Shown piece after piece: positions 1 through 10,941 of a stretch of DNA of 64,000 nucleotides; positions within the stretch are counted from its first letter, which is position 1; every line of letters begins with the position of its first letter. Source of the stretch: Trichomonas gallinae (Eukaryota). The notes under the pieces were generated by a model. That model saw only the letters and a list, made by a program, of their open reading frames with translations. It was not told the DNA's origin and did not search any database. Made by a program: the position numbers and the translations under genes. The stretch covers positions 1 through 64,000 of the forward strand of contig MRSU01001977.1 of NCBI GenBank assembly GCA_008369845.1. The letters are read 5' to 3'.

Positions 1-234
1 TTAGCTAATGCTCGACTATGAGGCGTTAGGAAGCAAACAAGTATAAAAATGTAAACTATTCAAACCTACCCCCTTAAAAGATGAATTCGATTAGAAAAAA
101 GTTGAAGTTCAAGGTTTATGCTATTGAATTCATAATCATTTTAGAGTTATTTAAACAATAATTGTATAAAAACCATGGATAATCCAATAATATTTTTACA
201 TATAAAATTATACTAAAATACAAACAAAAATGAG

Positions 235-1044
235 TTAATTATACTTCTTATTGATGCAAACTCGATCAATAATCTTCGGAATTGGGAGGCCGTTAGTGTA
301 GAGAAACTTCTCCATTCTAGGGAGAGAGAAGGTATTCTCCATATCTGGGTTGATTTTACTCTCCACATTGATGCTGACTTTATCTGTGTAGTAATGCACC
401 GTGTTTATTACACGCTTGCGGCCGAATTTAGGCCGCTCGATCGCCATATTTCCTTTATTGAGTGCGAAGCTAAATTCATGCATTTCTAGTGGTTTGTCTT
501 CCCTTTCCTCTGCGAATTTCATGATATTATCCTTCAAATCAGATTTGAATTGTTTATCATTTTCGATTGGCGGTAATTGTTGAACTGATTCTGGCTGAGA
601 TATGAACACGTTATTTTCATCATCACTACCAAAATCTACAGATCGAGGCGTGTAAAGAGATCTTGTTTCGAAATTAGCAACGACTCGTATGTTTTCATGT
701 TTATCTTCGGTGACTCGAACTTTAGAGCTGTTTAACTTTTGTTCTTTGGCTAAATCGAGCCTTGATAGCTGTCTGTTTGACTCTTGCATAAATATTGGTG
801 CCTCTTCTGTTTCAGTTCTTCGCATTATACTGATTTCATCGTCATTAAACGCAGTAGTTGAGTTGTTAAAGAAGTTTGTCATCCTCAGACGCGGCGATGT
901 TGGCTTTGAAAAAACTAATCTCGGCTTTGGCGCTGCTCTCGGTGGGTTTAGTCCAGATTCATGGACAAAGTACCACCTGCTCTTCCCATGCGACGTCTTT
1001 ATCATATAAGGAGTAGTAGTCTTCGCAAGACTACTTCTGCTCAT
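235..1044 (-). CDS. Hypothetical protein (269 aa), largely low-complexity/disordered
   Basis: Long ORF. The track start at 1119 is TTG; first in-frame ATG is at 1044 (MSRSSLAK...). No recognisable domain. Confidence 0.7.
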   Translation of the reverse strand: MSRSSLAKTTTPYMIKTSHGKSRWYFVHESGLNPPRAAPKPRLVFSKPTSPRLRMTNFFNNSTTAFNDDEISIMRRTETEEAPIFMQESNRQLSRLDLAKEQKLNSSKVRVTEDKHENIRVVANFETRSLYTPRSVDFGSDDENNVFISQPESVQQLPPIENDKQFKSDLKDNIMKFAEEREDKPLEMHEFSFALNKGNMAIERPKFGRKRVINTVHYYTDKVSINVESKINPDMENTFSLPRMEKFLYTNGLPIPKIIDRVCINKKYN

Positions 1045-1313
1045 ACCAATTTTGAGGAAATAACGAAAATTTTCATCATTGACTTTACATTCTTTCACAA
1101 TTTTTTCTATTTGGTTCAAAAAATCTCTGTTATTGGATGCTTTTCGCGTTTATTTGCAATATAATTCACTTTGGCTTTTCTGAGTTTATTCAAAAAATTT
1201 CAGCGCTTTTTTATCTGACAGTATTGAATATATACGGAAGAGTATCCATTATCAACCAAATTCAAGTCAGCCATTTTTTGACAAGTAAAAACTATTAACC
1301 GATACGACTTGGT

Positions 1314-1628
1314 CATTTTGACAAATAAATCTATCAATAATCTAATATTTGACATGTAAAATAACAATATTGACATTTTGACGAATAGATTTTTTAGATA
1401 TGAACAAATTATTATTTCAGCAAGATTTGTAATTTCTTTTTCCTCGAACCCCGTTCTGATATTATCCGATTATGCCTAATGGTCCCACTGCCAGAATTTC
1501 AGAGTCTCTATCCTGAAAGAACCGGAGTTCTACTCTTTTGTTACTTATTTGACATGCAAAATTATATAGAGGTATAATTTGACATTTTGACAAATAAATT
1601 TATCAATAAATTTTTATTTGACATGTAA
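1314..1628. repeat. Pair of ~45-bp direct repeats (1314-1359, 1583-1628) rich in TGACA motifs, in a divergent promoter
   Basis: cattttgacaaataaat[c/t]tatcaataa....tatttgacatgtaa occurs twice, 269 bp apart; partial copies at ~1272 and ~1370. Confidence 0.8.
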
Positions 1629-1848
1629 TCTAGTTTCATTCATTTTCACAGTAAATAAGATAGATACCAACACAAGGACTAGTGGCAAAAGTTGAATTTT
1701 AGCATTTGCTTCCTATTCTACTAATGATTAACTTCGAAATATCTTGGAAATATCACCAAACAAGATAAATCATTATTTGCAATCATTTATCTCCTTTTTG
1801 ATGAGTAGTGAAATGTTTTGCTCGTAATTCATTAATGGTTTTTGCCAA

Positions 1849-3213
1849 ATGTATTTTAAGCAAAGTGATGAAATGTTTCTGGATCAGTTAGAGAGAGAAA
1901 ATGAACGTGATGATGACTATTTTGCTGAACCAGAAATTGATGAGCATGCTTTGGAGCATCTAAACGAATATTTTCAGAATTTTGATCCTCAAAATCCTAA
2001 TTTATCATCAAAAATGCTGAATCATGCGTTAAACAAGTTAAGAAAGAAACCTGAAACAATATCAAAGTTTGTTGGCCCAGAAAATATTCCTCAAATTGTA
2101 AATCTCGCAAAAAATAAAGGATCTCGAAAAAATGTATTTAGATTTCTTACAAATATCGTTCACTACAATCCACAAATGATAGATACAATTGCTGAATCCG
2201 ATATTTTCAAATATCTATTTCACACTCTTCGATTTAACTCGCAAAAAGAACCAATATTTTATGCATTCGAGCTAACTCTCATACTTTCACAGTTTATTGA
2301 TCGAACATTCGAAAAATTATATAATGAAAAAGTATTATTATCGTTAGTACCAAATTTAAAGGAAGAAAACATATATACAGATGTCTCTCTACAAATATTC
2401 ATTTATTCAACCAACATAGACACTATTCCTGAAAATTTATCCGAATATCTCATTGATCCTTTGATAAATTTAGTTTTGTTTAGCGAAAATACTTCATTTG
2501 TCACCAAATCTTTAAGAATATTGTCAAATATAGCATCATGCGCAATAGATTTTTCAACTCAAATCATTGATTCGTGTTTAATCGATACATTATCAAGCTA
2601 CATTACGTCAGATGATCATTTTTTGCAGATTGCCGTCTTCCAGTTCCTTGGAACACTTTGTCCTTTTGGTGACAGAATTTACAAAGAGTTTGTGAGTTAT
2701 TCTGTCTTCCAGCAAACGAAGAAAGTGCTTCTTGACACGCAGCAGAAGGAAGAGACGTACGACTACAGTGTCATCATGTTGTCAGCAGTCTCTTTCTTGA
2801 GATGCTGGTCTGACAATAGCTCGAGTTTGTATTTGAACTCGTTATTTAGTTTTGTTTCCCAATTACCCCTTCACTCTCTTTTCGAGGAGACAGCTTTTGA
2901 TGTTAAAGTAGAGATACTCAAGCTGCTGTTGATATTGACATCAAACGCAAGCCCAGAAGTCATAATTAACATCATTGATTCCGATATTTTAGATTTAGCA
3001 TTAACAAGTATTGAAGCAACAAACTTCGAATTTTGCTACAACACAATCAAAATCATAGATATTATATCTCAACGACTGTCAATTTTCAATATGGACTATT
3101 ATCAAGAAGTTTGCGACTTATTTGCAGCTTATTTCGACTGTCCAATAGAATACTTTAGAACCATTGATGATGAATCATTAGTCGAAGAAGTTAATGCTCA
3201 CTACATTGGATGA
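1849..3213 (+). CDS. ARM/HEAT-repeat protein (divergent, importin-alpha-like)
   Basis: 454-aa ORF with helical Leu/Ile-rich repeats (e.g. SLRILSNIAS, VFQFLGTL, ILKLLLILT) and an acidic N-terminus; TCATT ~20 nt upstream of ATG. Confidence 0.7.
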   Translation: MYFKQSDEMFLDQLERENERDDDYFAEPEIDEHALEHLNEYFQNFDPQNPNLSSKMLNHALNKLRKKPETISKFVGPENIPQIVNLAKNKGSRKNVFRFLTNIVHYNPQMIDTIAESDIFKYLFHTLRFNSQKEPIFYAFELTLILSQFIDRTFEKLYNEKVLLSLVPNLKEENIYTDVSLQIFIYSTNIDTIPENLSEYLIDPLINLVLFSENTSFVTKSLRILSNIASCAIDFSTQIIDSCLIDTLSSYITSDDHFLQIAVFQFLGTLCPFGDRIYKEFVSYSVFQQTKKVLLDTQQKEETYDYSVIMLSAVSFLRCWSDNSSSLYLNSLFSFVSQLPLHSLFEETAFDVKVEILKLLLILTSNASPEVIINIIDSDILDLALTSIEATNFEFCYNTIKIIDIISQRLSIFNMDYYQEVCDLFAAYFDCPIEYFRTIDDESLVEEVNAHYIG

Positions 3214-3430
3214 ATCTCTTTAAATTCATATCTTGTTTGTATTAAATGTTTGTTTTATATGATTAGACTCATCAAAATTTTAATTTCATTCTTCAATGAT
3301 TTATCGAGACGTTAATAGAGAATAGTTATATTGTAAAATGGAACAATTTTAATGAATATTTTGAGTCAACTTATAATTCATATCATTCTGGATTTCCATA
3401 GTTATTTATAATCAAAAATACAAACAATTT

Positions 3431-5086
3431 TTAGTTAATTTGGGTTGGTGAGTTTTCTAGTGGATTTTTCTCATGTTTCTTTCGCTTTTTAATTCTAACT
3501 CTGATATAATGAGGTTCGTGTGGTGGGGTTGGCTTGAATTCTCCATCCTGAGGTTCTTCGAATAGTTCTTCTTCTTCATATTCGGAGTTTTCTTCGATAT
3601 TCACGCTAATTTGAGGGTCCCTAGCCTTGATCATTTCCTGCATCTTTAGGATTTCGCTTTTAACGAATAATGTCACTCTCTTCTGGTTCTTTGTGAGTTT
3701 GTCAATCTTATCATCATATCCGACAGTCATTTCGCTCAAGTGCTCGTAAATTCTATTCTGCCAGTTTTCATACTGCTTCTCCATGTCACCGATTTGGTCC
3801 GAAATATCATTGTTATCTGTTTTCGGCTGCATATTTTTGAGGGCCATCTCTAGATTTGTTATTCTCGACTGATAATCATTGATGACAGAGCCAGTTGCAT
3901 TCAGATATGATCCGATTTCATCCTTCAGTTTTATTCCATACTTATCTACACTTTCTTTCACAATTGATTTGATTTCTTCTTTCGAGATCTGCTCTTGCGG
4001 CGGATTTGTTATTGACTGAGCAGCAGTCTCCAATATTTTCTGCATTTTTTCATTCTGTTGTGCATCAGTAGGCTGAACAGCAGCTATATCTGTCATTGTC
4101 GACAATATTGAATTAATTTTTAGATTCACTGAGTTCGATAAAGCTTGGATTGTTTGGACGACTTCATCTTGGAATGCTCCAAATGCATTTGCGCTCTCTT
4201 TTGACTGAGCGTTGATATTCTTCCTCATGTCGTCTATTTGACTGTTGTTTTCGGTTCTCACCTGTTCTAATGCTTCTTTCGTTTCTTTTGCGAGTGACGA
4301 CAAATTCGCGTTGAAAGTCGGCTGAATGTTTGTTATTCCTGCTTGTAAATCTTTCACAGCATTCGCCATTTTCTGCTGTAAATTGTGTATGATTTGGAAG
4401 AGTGTTGAATGTGCCGATTGGTCTGCCGCGTCCATTTGTTGCATCGATGAATTTAGCTTTGAAATGCTATCGCTAACTTGCGTTTCTAGTAATGCGCTTT
4501 TCTGGTTTGCAAATACAACAGCTTCTTCCATTTTAGATACTTTAGCTTCGAGTGAGGCTATTTTCGCGTTTTGATTTTCGATAATTGAAGCCGATTGAAT
4601 AACTTTTTGAGATAATTCGCTTGTTATTGATTTGAAGTATTCGTTCATACCATTCACCATCTGTGTAGATGATGATACTGTACTTTGTATTTCAGAAACA
4701 CGATCCTTTAAGCTGCTAAAATTATCCTGATAAGATGTAATCCAAGTATCAAGTTTCGTTGATACTGTTGCAATTTTGTCTTCGCATGGTTTGATTCTCG
4801 ATGGTATTTCGATTGAAACAATTCGATCATAATTATATTTCGATGGAAGTTGAGGGTCATATGATGCAGCAACAGAAGGCGCTGCGATAACTGATGGCTG
4901 TATGATCCTTTCAGGCTCAGGAAGAAGTTTTTGGACAGGTTTTGGATCCATAAATGTTGGAGAAGGAGAATTTACACCAATTTTTTTCCTATTTTTCTCT
5001 TCTATTTGTCTCTTTAGCTCTTCAGCATATATAGGACCATTCTGTTTTCGCCAATTATTAAGTTCTTCACCTTCTTGCCCAAACAT
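3431..5086 (-). CDS. Coiled-coil protein (551 aa)
   Basis: Long heptad-rich helical region. The N-terminal YAEELKRQIEEK motif is reminiscent of CCDC66/CSPP1-type ciliary proteins (by recall, unverified). Confidence 0.8.
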   Translation of the reverse strand: MFGQEGEELNNWRKQNGPIYAEELKRQIEEKNRKKIGVNSPSPTFMDPKPVQKLLPEPERIIQPSVIAAPSVAASYDPQLPSKYNYDRIVSIEIPSRIKPCEDKIATVSTKLDTWITSYQDNFSSLKDRVSEIQSTVSSSTQMVNGMNEYFKSITSELSQKVIQSASIIENQNAKIASLEAKVSKMEEAVVFANQKSALLETQVSDSISKLNSSMQQMDAADQSAHSTLFQIIHNLQQKMANAVKDLQAGITNIQPTFNANLSSLAKETKEALEQVRTENNSQIDDMRKNINAQSKESANAFGAFQDEVVQTIQALSNSVNLKINSILSTMTDIAAVQPTDAQQNEKMQKILETAAQSITNPPQEQISKEEIKSIVKESVDKYGIKLKDEIGSYLNATGSVINDYQSRITNLEMALKNMQPKTDNNDISDQIGDMEKQYENWQNRIYEHLSEMTVGYDDKIDKLTKNQKRVTLFVKSEILKMQEMIKARDPQISVNIEENSEYEEEELFEEPQDGEFKPTPPHEPHYIRVRIKKRKKHEKNPLENSPTQIN

Positions 5087-5119
5087 AATTTTTATCTCGT
5101 TATTATTTTTATGTCACAT

Positions 5120-5177
5120 GTCACTTTCCTTTCATTTCAACATCAAACGTCACTTTTCTTTCATTTCAACATCAAAA
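5120..5177. promoter_or_regulatory. Two 29-bp tandem repeats in a 121-bp bidirectional promoter; each has GTCACTTT (=AAAGTGAC on -) and TCATT
   Basis: gtcactttcctttcatttcaacatcaaac (5120-5148) / gtcacttttctttcatttcaacatcaaaa (5149-5177); partial third copy to ~5190. Confidence 0.75.
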
Positions 5178-5207
5178 TCTTTTCATTTCACATGTCAGTC
5201 TAAACGT

Positions 5208-5591
5208 ATGAATCGTGATGAAGTTGTCGAAGTTTTAAAGCAAAAAGGTTATAGTGACGTCCCAGATGAAACAATAGAGGATTTCATCGCCTATTTGAAC
5301 AAATATCCGGATTTTGATGAAACAAATCCAAAGAAATCAGCGAAAAACTTATCGAAAGCTAAAATTAACAAACAAATGAAAACAAAAACAGCAACAAAGA
5401 AACAGACAAAGAAATCCACAACAAATCCAAAGAAACAACAATCTATGATTCCTAAGAATTTATGCAATTTCACAGATGAAGATGATGTTACGAAGTTTTC
5501 AAACGAAATGAAGCGTCTTAGACAGGATGAAAAGGAACTTTTAAATAAATTCCAAGGTGCAATCAACTTTTTCAGTGGCGTTCAACAATAA
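5208..5591 (+). CDS. Small basic protein (127 aa); N-terminus resembles the HYLS1-type N-terminal motif
   Basis: ATG at 5208 (MNRDEVVEVLKQKGYSDVPDETIEDFIAYL). The track's upstream extension overlaps the opposite gene and is unlikely to be real. Confidence 0.65.
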   Translation: MNRDEVVEVLKQKGYSDVPDETIEDFIAYLNKYPDFDETNPKKSAKNLSKAKINKQMKTKTATKKQTKKSTTNPKKQQSMIPKNLCNFTDEDDVTKFSNEMKRLRQDEKELLNKFQGAINFFSGVQQ

Positions 5592-5693
5592 TATATTATT
5601 TTTTGATTTTTTGTTGTATTAAAGCTTGTTTTATTATTGAATATAAATACATTTTTACAATTCAAACAAACATAGTATATAAAAATAATAAAA

Positions 5694-7982
5694 TTACAAT
5701 CTCGGGAATTTCGAATCAGTTGTTTTTGGTCTTCTCGTTGGTGAATTCATTCTTGTAGGCTGTGCCGATGTAGTTCTCGATCCATAGGCAGTTCCACGGG
5801 GTGTTGGGTTGATTCTGGACTTCTTCTGAGCCCTTGAAAGCGTTTCGTCATCCACAGGGTTTATATTAAGGTTTCCTTTCTTCTCTGTTCTAAACTGCTT
5901 CATCCTTGAGACAGTTCTAGGTGTGGCAATCGTCGGCTGAGGACCAGATCCAGCTGCTTGTCCAGCAGCAGCTGAAGTAAGAGACTGAGGGAGCTTTGTA
6001 AATCTAGGATTTGGCTTTTCTGTCTTTTTGTGTCCGATCGCTTTAATTGCGCTATCATATGGCTCTAATTCTCTGCTTTTTTGTGCTTCCATTTCCATCC
6101 TTGTTTTCTCGTTGTACTCTCTGAGCTTGTTCTCTTCACGCCGGTGCTTTTCTCTTAGCGTTTGGAGTTCCCTCCTTATTGCTTCTTCGAGCAAAGCTTC
6201 TGCTTGTCTCTCTTCTTGTGCTTGAAGTTCGTCCGCGATCCTCTTCTGGACTTTAGCGTCCTGGTATCTTCTCGATAGAGCCATCTTCTTTTCCTGATGC
6301 CTGAGTTGCAGCAATCTGACTGATGGCTTAGAGAAAGCCCTGCAGAATTCCTGGGACTGCCATTTCTGCTTGTAATCTTCCAATTCAGCCAGTTGCTTCT
6401 CTTTGAGTTTCTCGAGTCTCTGCTCGCATTCTTCTTCATGCTTCTCCATTTTCTCGGCCCACTTTTCTTCCATTGCGCGCTTCTCGCCCTGAAGATCAGA
6501 TGACCTGTTTTCTAGGTTCTTAAGTCTCGCGTGGAGGTCGTTGGGGTTGTCGTATCCTAGTTTAGCAAGTTCGAGCATCTGCTGGTCCAGTTGCTCGGCA
6601 GCATCATAGTCGCTGTCCATCAGCGCTGTTGCTTTCTTTCTGTTGATGTACTGGACGATTCCTGGCCTTAGATTGGCAGGCGGTGGTACTCCATGCTTGG
6701 CGAAGTCGTTGTAGGCTTTCTCAACTTGCCTCTTGTCGAATGTATTCGGCTGGTGGATGTTGAACAAAAATGGAGTTTCATCTGTTGTTATGAATGTCTC
6801 AGTGTTGTTTGGTTCATCTTCTTCATCATTTTGGAGTGGTGGAAGTGGAGATTTCTTTGATCTGGATGATGACTGCCTGCTATTTGATGATTTTGTTGAT
6901 TCTTGGTCGTCTTTTTCTTTGCCTAAAAATACATTTTGTAATTCTGCGTTAATATCTCTAACTGGCTCAACCAACACCTCTGTTTTCTCCTTCTTTTCTT
7001 CGTCTTCATGATTTTCATCCGGTTTTTCCTCATTTTGTTGATTATTATTTTCATTCACAATTTCATCGAGCTTTTCCTTGGTTTCTTCAGTAACCAAAGT
7101 AAGTTTTGATTCTTCGACTTTTTCTTTTTCTTCGTGCTTTTCTTGTGTTTCTTCTGGCTTTTCATTTTCAGATTTCTGTTCTTCGACTTTTTCTTTTTCC
7201 TTTGGTTCTTCTTCTTTAACTTCTTCTGATATTTGCTCATTTATTTCCCTCTCGAGTTTTGTCTCGATATTTTTAATTTCGTTGAATAATTGAGTAGTTT
7301 CTTCTGGTTTCTCTTGAACTTCGTCCTTAACCTCATCTTGTTGCTCTTTTTCAATAGGTTCTTCTTTAGCTTCCGGTTCTTTAGGAATTTCAGTAGTATT
7401 AACGTCTTTGTCGTTTTGTTTTTGAGTAACAGGCTGCTCTTCTTGCTTGATTTCGTTTTCTTGCTGTGGTTTTTCGTTTTCAGCAGGTTTTTCAGGTTCA
7501 TCCGGCGGCAAAGTTGGAATAAGCTTTTTAATGTCGATATTTAACTCTGTTTCAGGATCTCTTGGAGGATCTTCTGTTTTTGGATCAGATTTTTGTTCAG
7601 TATTGTTAGTATTTTGAATTCCGTTGTTTTCTTCCTTTTTTTCGACGGTTTCTGGCGTATCATCAACTTTTTGTTGATTGTCATCGCTCTTTTGTTCGTT
7701 TTGTTGACTTTCTTCGACTTTATTTAATTCTTCCTTTATAATGTTTCCGATTTTGAGATCATGATTGCTAATTTCGTCTTGATTTGGCTGTTCCTGTGAT
7801 TTTTTTTCAGTTTTTGGTGCTATCGGCGAAGGTGGCATAGGAATAGGCTTAAATGCATCATTAACGAGCTGTGTTGTCGCATCTGCATACTGGGGCTTTT
7901 CATCCTCGAGATAATCATCAGATTGGTTTGATTTCTCTTGGTTTAAGTTGTATCCCAGCAAAGATGATAAATTTGTGCTCAT
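5694..7982 (-). CDS. Glu/Lys/Gln-rich protein with C-terminal coiled-coil domain (762 aa)
   Basis: First ATG at 7982 (MSTNLSS); acidic low-complexity N-half; C-terminal FSKPSxxLLQLRxQEKKMAxxRRY module. Confidence 0.8.
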   Translation of the reverse strand: MSTNLSSLLGYNLNQEKSNQSDDYLEDEKPQYADATTQLVNDAFKPIPMPPSPIAPKTEKKSQEQPNQDEISNHDLKIGNIIKEELNKVEESQQNEQKSDDNQQKVDDTPETVEKKEENNGIQNTNNTEQKSDPKTEDPPRDPETELNIDIKKLIPTLPPDEPEKPAENEKPQQENEIKQEEQPVTQKQNDKDVNTTEIPKEPEAKEEPIEKEQQDEVKDEVQEKPEETTQLFNEIKNIETKLEREINEQISEEVKEEEPKEKEKVEEQKSENEKPEETQEKHEEKEKVEESKLTLVTEETKEKLDEIVNENNNQQNEEKPDENHEDEEKKEKTEVLVEPVRDINAELQNVFLGKEKDDQESTKSSNSRQSSSRSKKSPLPPLQNDEEDEPNNTETFITTDETPFLFNIHQPNTFDKRQVEKAYNDFAKHGVPPPANLRPGIVQYINRKKATALMDSDYDAAEQLDQQMLELAKLGYDNPNDLHARLKNLENRSSDLQGEKRAMEEKWAEKMEKHEEECEQRLEKLKEKQLAELEDYKQKWQSQEFCRAFSKPSVRLLQLRHQEKKMALSRRYQDAKVQKRIADELQAQEERQAEALLEEAIRRELQTLREKHRREENKLREYNEKTRMEMEAQKSRELEPYDSAIKAIGHKKTEKPNPRFTKLPQSLTSAAAGQAAGSGPQPTIATPRTVSRMKQFRTEKKGNLNINPVDDETLSRAQKKSRINPTPRGTAYGSRTTSAQPTRMNSPTRRPKTTDSKFPRL

Positions 7983-8569
7983 TTGAAAATTAATAAATGA
8001 AATGACATATTGCACCAAATTGGAACCAGCCAAGCCATTTTGTTTTTTTAAAAATTAAAAAACGTATTTTTTTTGATTACATCCAAACAAACATAATCGA
8101 CAACCATCAATTTCGAATCTATCATTATTATATGCTACAAGGATATATCTTATTTATCAATCTTACACATGATTAATTTGATTATAATTTCAATTCATCA
8201 ATTTTTAAACATATATATTTTATAATATTAAAAACATAGAATCATCAGATATAAGTTAATAATTCTTTAATGTTTATATTCAATATATACGATTATTCTT
8301 CCATAAGATCAAAAAATTAAATCATTTTTAACTATAATGTTATAAACAAAGAATACACAGCTCTATATATGTGCTTTTTAAATAAGATCACATCAATCTT
8401 TTAAGATATATTCACAATAAAATTTATCGAAGTATATAATATGATAATAACATATGTTTTTGGATTATTTTTCATCAAAAAGAAATGAAGTATATTGTTT
8501 TGATTGAGTTATATCTATACAGATCTATAACTTTATGTTAATATAAATACTCACAAGAAAATAATATGG

Positions 8570-10828
8570 TTATGGCGATTGGCTGAACTTCTGTTCAATA
8601 AACTTCGCCATCTGGACAAATTCAGGAATTTCAGAAACAGACATCATTGCTTGATAGACAGCTTGAATCGATTCCATTGGAATTTCAGATGGGGGGTTCA
8701 GCTCAAACAGAACTTTCTTGGCTATCCTAAATGGAGCCTGTTTAAGCTTGATTTCTATGCAAGCAATGACAAAATCCAAAATTGAAGAAATAAATTCTCC
8801 AAACTCTTCATCCATTCCTGCGCATAATTGATCAAATGTGTCTGAAATTACAAAAATCAGATACTGATTAATGATCAATTTGAGTGGTTCTAAAGCAATT
8901 TTTTGATTTCTGATTAAATCAGGAAACAGCTGGAGAGCATTTTCTCTCACGCTAAAGCTACAGTTTGGTGATATTCTTTGGGCAATTTTGAGTAAAATTT
9001 CGTAATCATATTCATTGAATGGTCGATTTCTATCGATAAAGTATAATTCTGCGAAGCTATCAATAGCATAAACCTGAGATTCTGGATCATCGTTATTTAA
9101 TGTCTCATTTATTATTTGCAGTGTTTCTTGATATTGGAATTTTGATTGATTCACTGCCATCAATGCGGAAATTGCTGGAAGAGCAAGTGAACATCCTTGT
9201 TGGAGCCAATGATTGAAAATATCAAAGATTTCCTGGTAAAATGGGTCCAAATTTTCTCCAAGTCTACAAATTATATATGGAACGTTTTTGAACAAGTTTT
9301 CTGCAACTTGTAGTTCACATTCTTGAAGAATTCGCAGCATGACCTCTAAAGATTGTTGTAAAACTTCAGGATTAATTGAATCTAATCTTGTACAAAGTGT
9401 TTTGAATGATTTTGCAATAGCACACTGCGCTTGTATATCAACAGAAGGCAATAATTCCGATAAAACATTAAATATCTCAAAATTCTCGAAATCGGGACAA
9501 TCCATTATTTTTGCAATGCAAATCATAGACTTTTCCCCATATATATTGTTTTGACTCAATGTCATTAAGGATTCTATGTCACTTAAAAAAGGTTGACAGC
9601 TTTTTGTAAAATCGACTAAAATTGAATAACTTTCTAAAGAATAATATATGACATTTGATAAACCATCATCCAATAAAGTAATAACCCTGTTATATATATC
9701 TGTGAAACTTTCTTCAATTTCTTTGATTTGATTGCAAATCAGCAAACAACATTTTGAGCAGACGATTCGATCATCAGGCTCGCTTTGAGAGTCATATTCT
9801 TCTAATTTTGCATTCAGCAGCGGAAAAAGAACCCCAAAATATTTAATTGTCATCTCTCTTAAAGTTTGCAGAGCAGCTGTTGGTGGATCCCAGTTTGTAT
9901 CTATCGGAGAATCTATAGTTTCACCAGACATCCTCGCTATGCATAAATTCCCAAGTTCTTCGGCATATTGAGATAAATCTACTAAATTATATTGGCTATC
10001 TAAATTAAACATGTATATAAGTATGTAGAACGAATACATTATGACATCATTCGAAGATTCCGAGTTTATGTCTTGAAATGCTTGAGAATATACTGGCTGA
10101 AAAACAATTTGGAAATAACTTTGGTTCATGTTGCATAAACTTTCTGCGAAACTATAAACACTCTTTCTAAGCTCAGAGTTTTGCAAATATCCAATAATTG
10201 TGGAAATAAAATTGTTTTGCGTGGCTTCATCTGATAATACGACAAAAATTGATTCTGGTTGAGCAGAAAGCATTTGTATTATGTGATTGACGACAATTAC
10301 ATTATCTGATGTAATTAAAGGCAAAATTGAAGGGAAAAGAATAGATATCAATTGATCATTCATCTGATAATCAGTACAAAAGTTGTAAATGAAGTCAATA
10401 ACAGATATAGTACTTTCTAAATTCATATCAGCAAGAAAATTATTAAGTTGACTAATAAAATTTTGATCATTCAGAATCGAGTAATCAATGATCGCGATTT
10501 TGGAAAGAAAATTCGTAACAGAGTTGCGAAGAACTTCATCTTGACACGTAAAATAACTAAAAAGTATCGGTAATATTTCATTTTCGAAATTTTTGATATC
10601 GAATGCAATTTTTTGCTGAATTATCATCTCGAAACAATGAGTTAAGTAGGATATTAGGAGGAAAGCGTGTCTAATTTGTAGATTTGGCGCTTTCAAAGTC
10701 ATAATAATTTCCAATACCAAGTCAATTGGCTGATTTTGGAAGAGCTCTAATAGTCTAAGTTGAGCCACATTGAATCCTTCTGATTGAGAGTCACTTGTTT
10801 GTATGATAAGTTCCAAGATGTGACTCAT
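8570..10828 (-). CDS. Divergent importin-beta/karyopherin-like HEAT-repeat protein
   Basis: ATG at 10828 preceded by TCACTCATT. N-terminus resembles IBN_N, and DTNWDPPTAALQTL resembles the importin-beta1 DDWNPCKAAGVCL motif. Confidence 0.7.
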   Translation of the reverse strand: MSHILELIIQTSDSQSEGFNVAQLRLLELFQNQPIDLVLEIIMTLKAPNLQIRHAFLLISYLTHCFEMIIQQKIAFDIKNFENEILPILFSYFTCQDEVLRNSVTNFLSKIAIIDYSILNDQNFISQLNNFLADMNLESTISVIDFIYNFCTDYQMNDQLISILFPSILPLITSDNVIVVNHIIQMLSAQPESIFVVLSDEATQNNFISTIIGYLQNSELRKSVYSFAESLCNMNQSYFQIVFQPVYSQAFQDINSESSNDVIMYSFYILIYMFNLDSQYNLVDLSQYAEELGNLCIARMSGETIDSPIDTNWDPPTAALQTLREMTIKYFGVLFPLLNAKLEEYDSQSEPDDRIVCSKCCLLICNQIKEIEESFTDIYNRVITLLDDGLSNVIYYSLESYSILVDFTKSCQPFLSDIESLMTLSQNNIYGEKSMICIAKIMDCPDFENFEIFNVLSELLPSVDIQAQCAIAKSFKTLCTRLDSINPEVLQQSLEVMLRILQECELQVAENLFKNVPYIICRLGENLDPFYQEIFDIFNHWLQQGCSLALPAISALMAVNQSKFQYQETLQIINETLNNDDPESQVYAIDSFAELYFIDRNRPFNEYDYEILLKIAQRISPNCSFSVRENALQLFPDLIRNQKIALEPLKLIINQYLIFVISDTFDQLCAGMDEEFGEFISSILDFVIACIEIKLKQAPFRIAKKVLFELNPPSEIPMESIQAVYQAMMSVSEIPEFVQMAKFIEQKFSQSP

Positions 10829-10941
10829 CAGAATGAGTGAAGTTGGTTCCTCTTTTTTAAAAACCAAAAACAATAATTCTGGGACAATATTGAGCCATTT
10901 AAAAGACAAATTTTGGTATTCGAAAAATCAAAAAAATATTC

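Noticed and set aside
1441..1460. GGTTCGA (T-loop/B-box-like) on the minus strand suggesting a tRNA
   Set aside because: No acceptor stem, D-arm or anticodon arm could be built.
4902..5207. N-terminal extension of the 229-aa ORF in the track
   Set aside because: It overlaps the opposite-strand gene and runs through the promoter repeats; ATG 5208 fits better.
6900..7800. Purine-skewed repetitive DNA
   Set aside because: It encodes the Glu/Lys/Gln-rich low-complexity region of the 5694-7982 protein; not an independent repeat.
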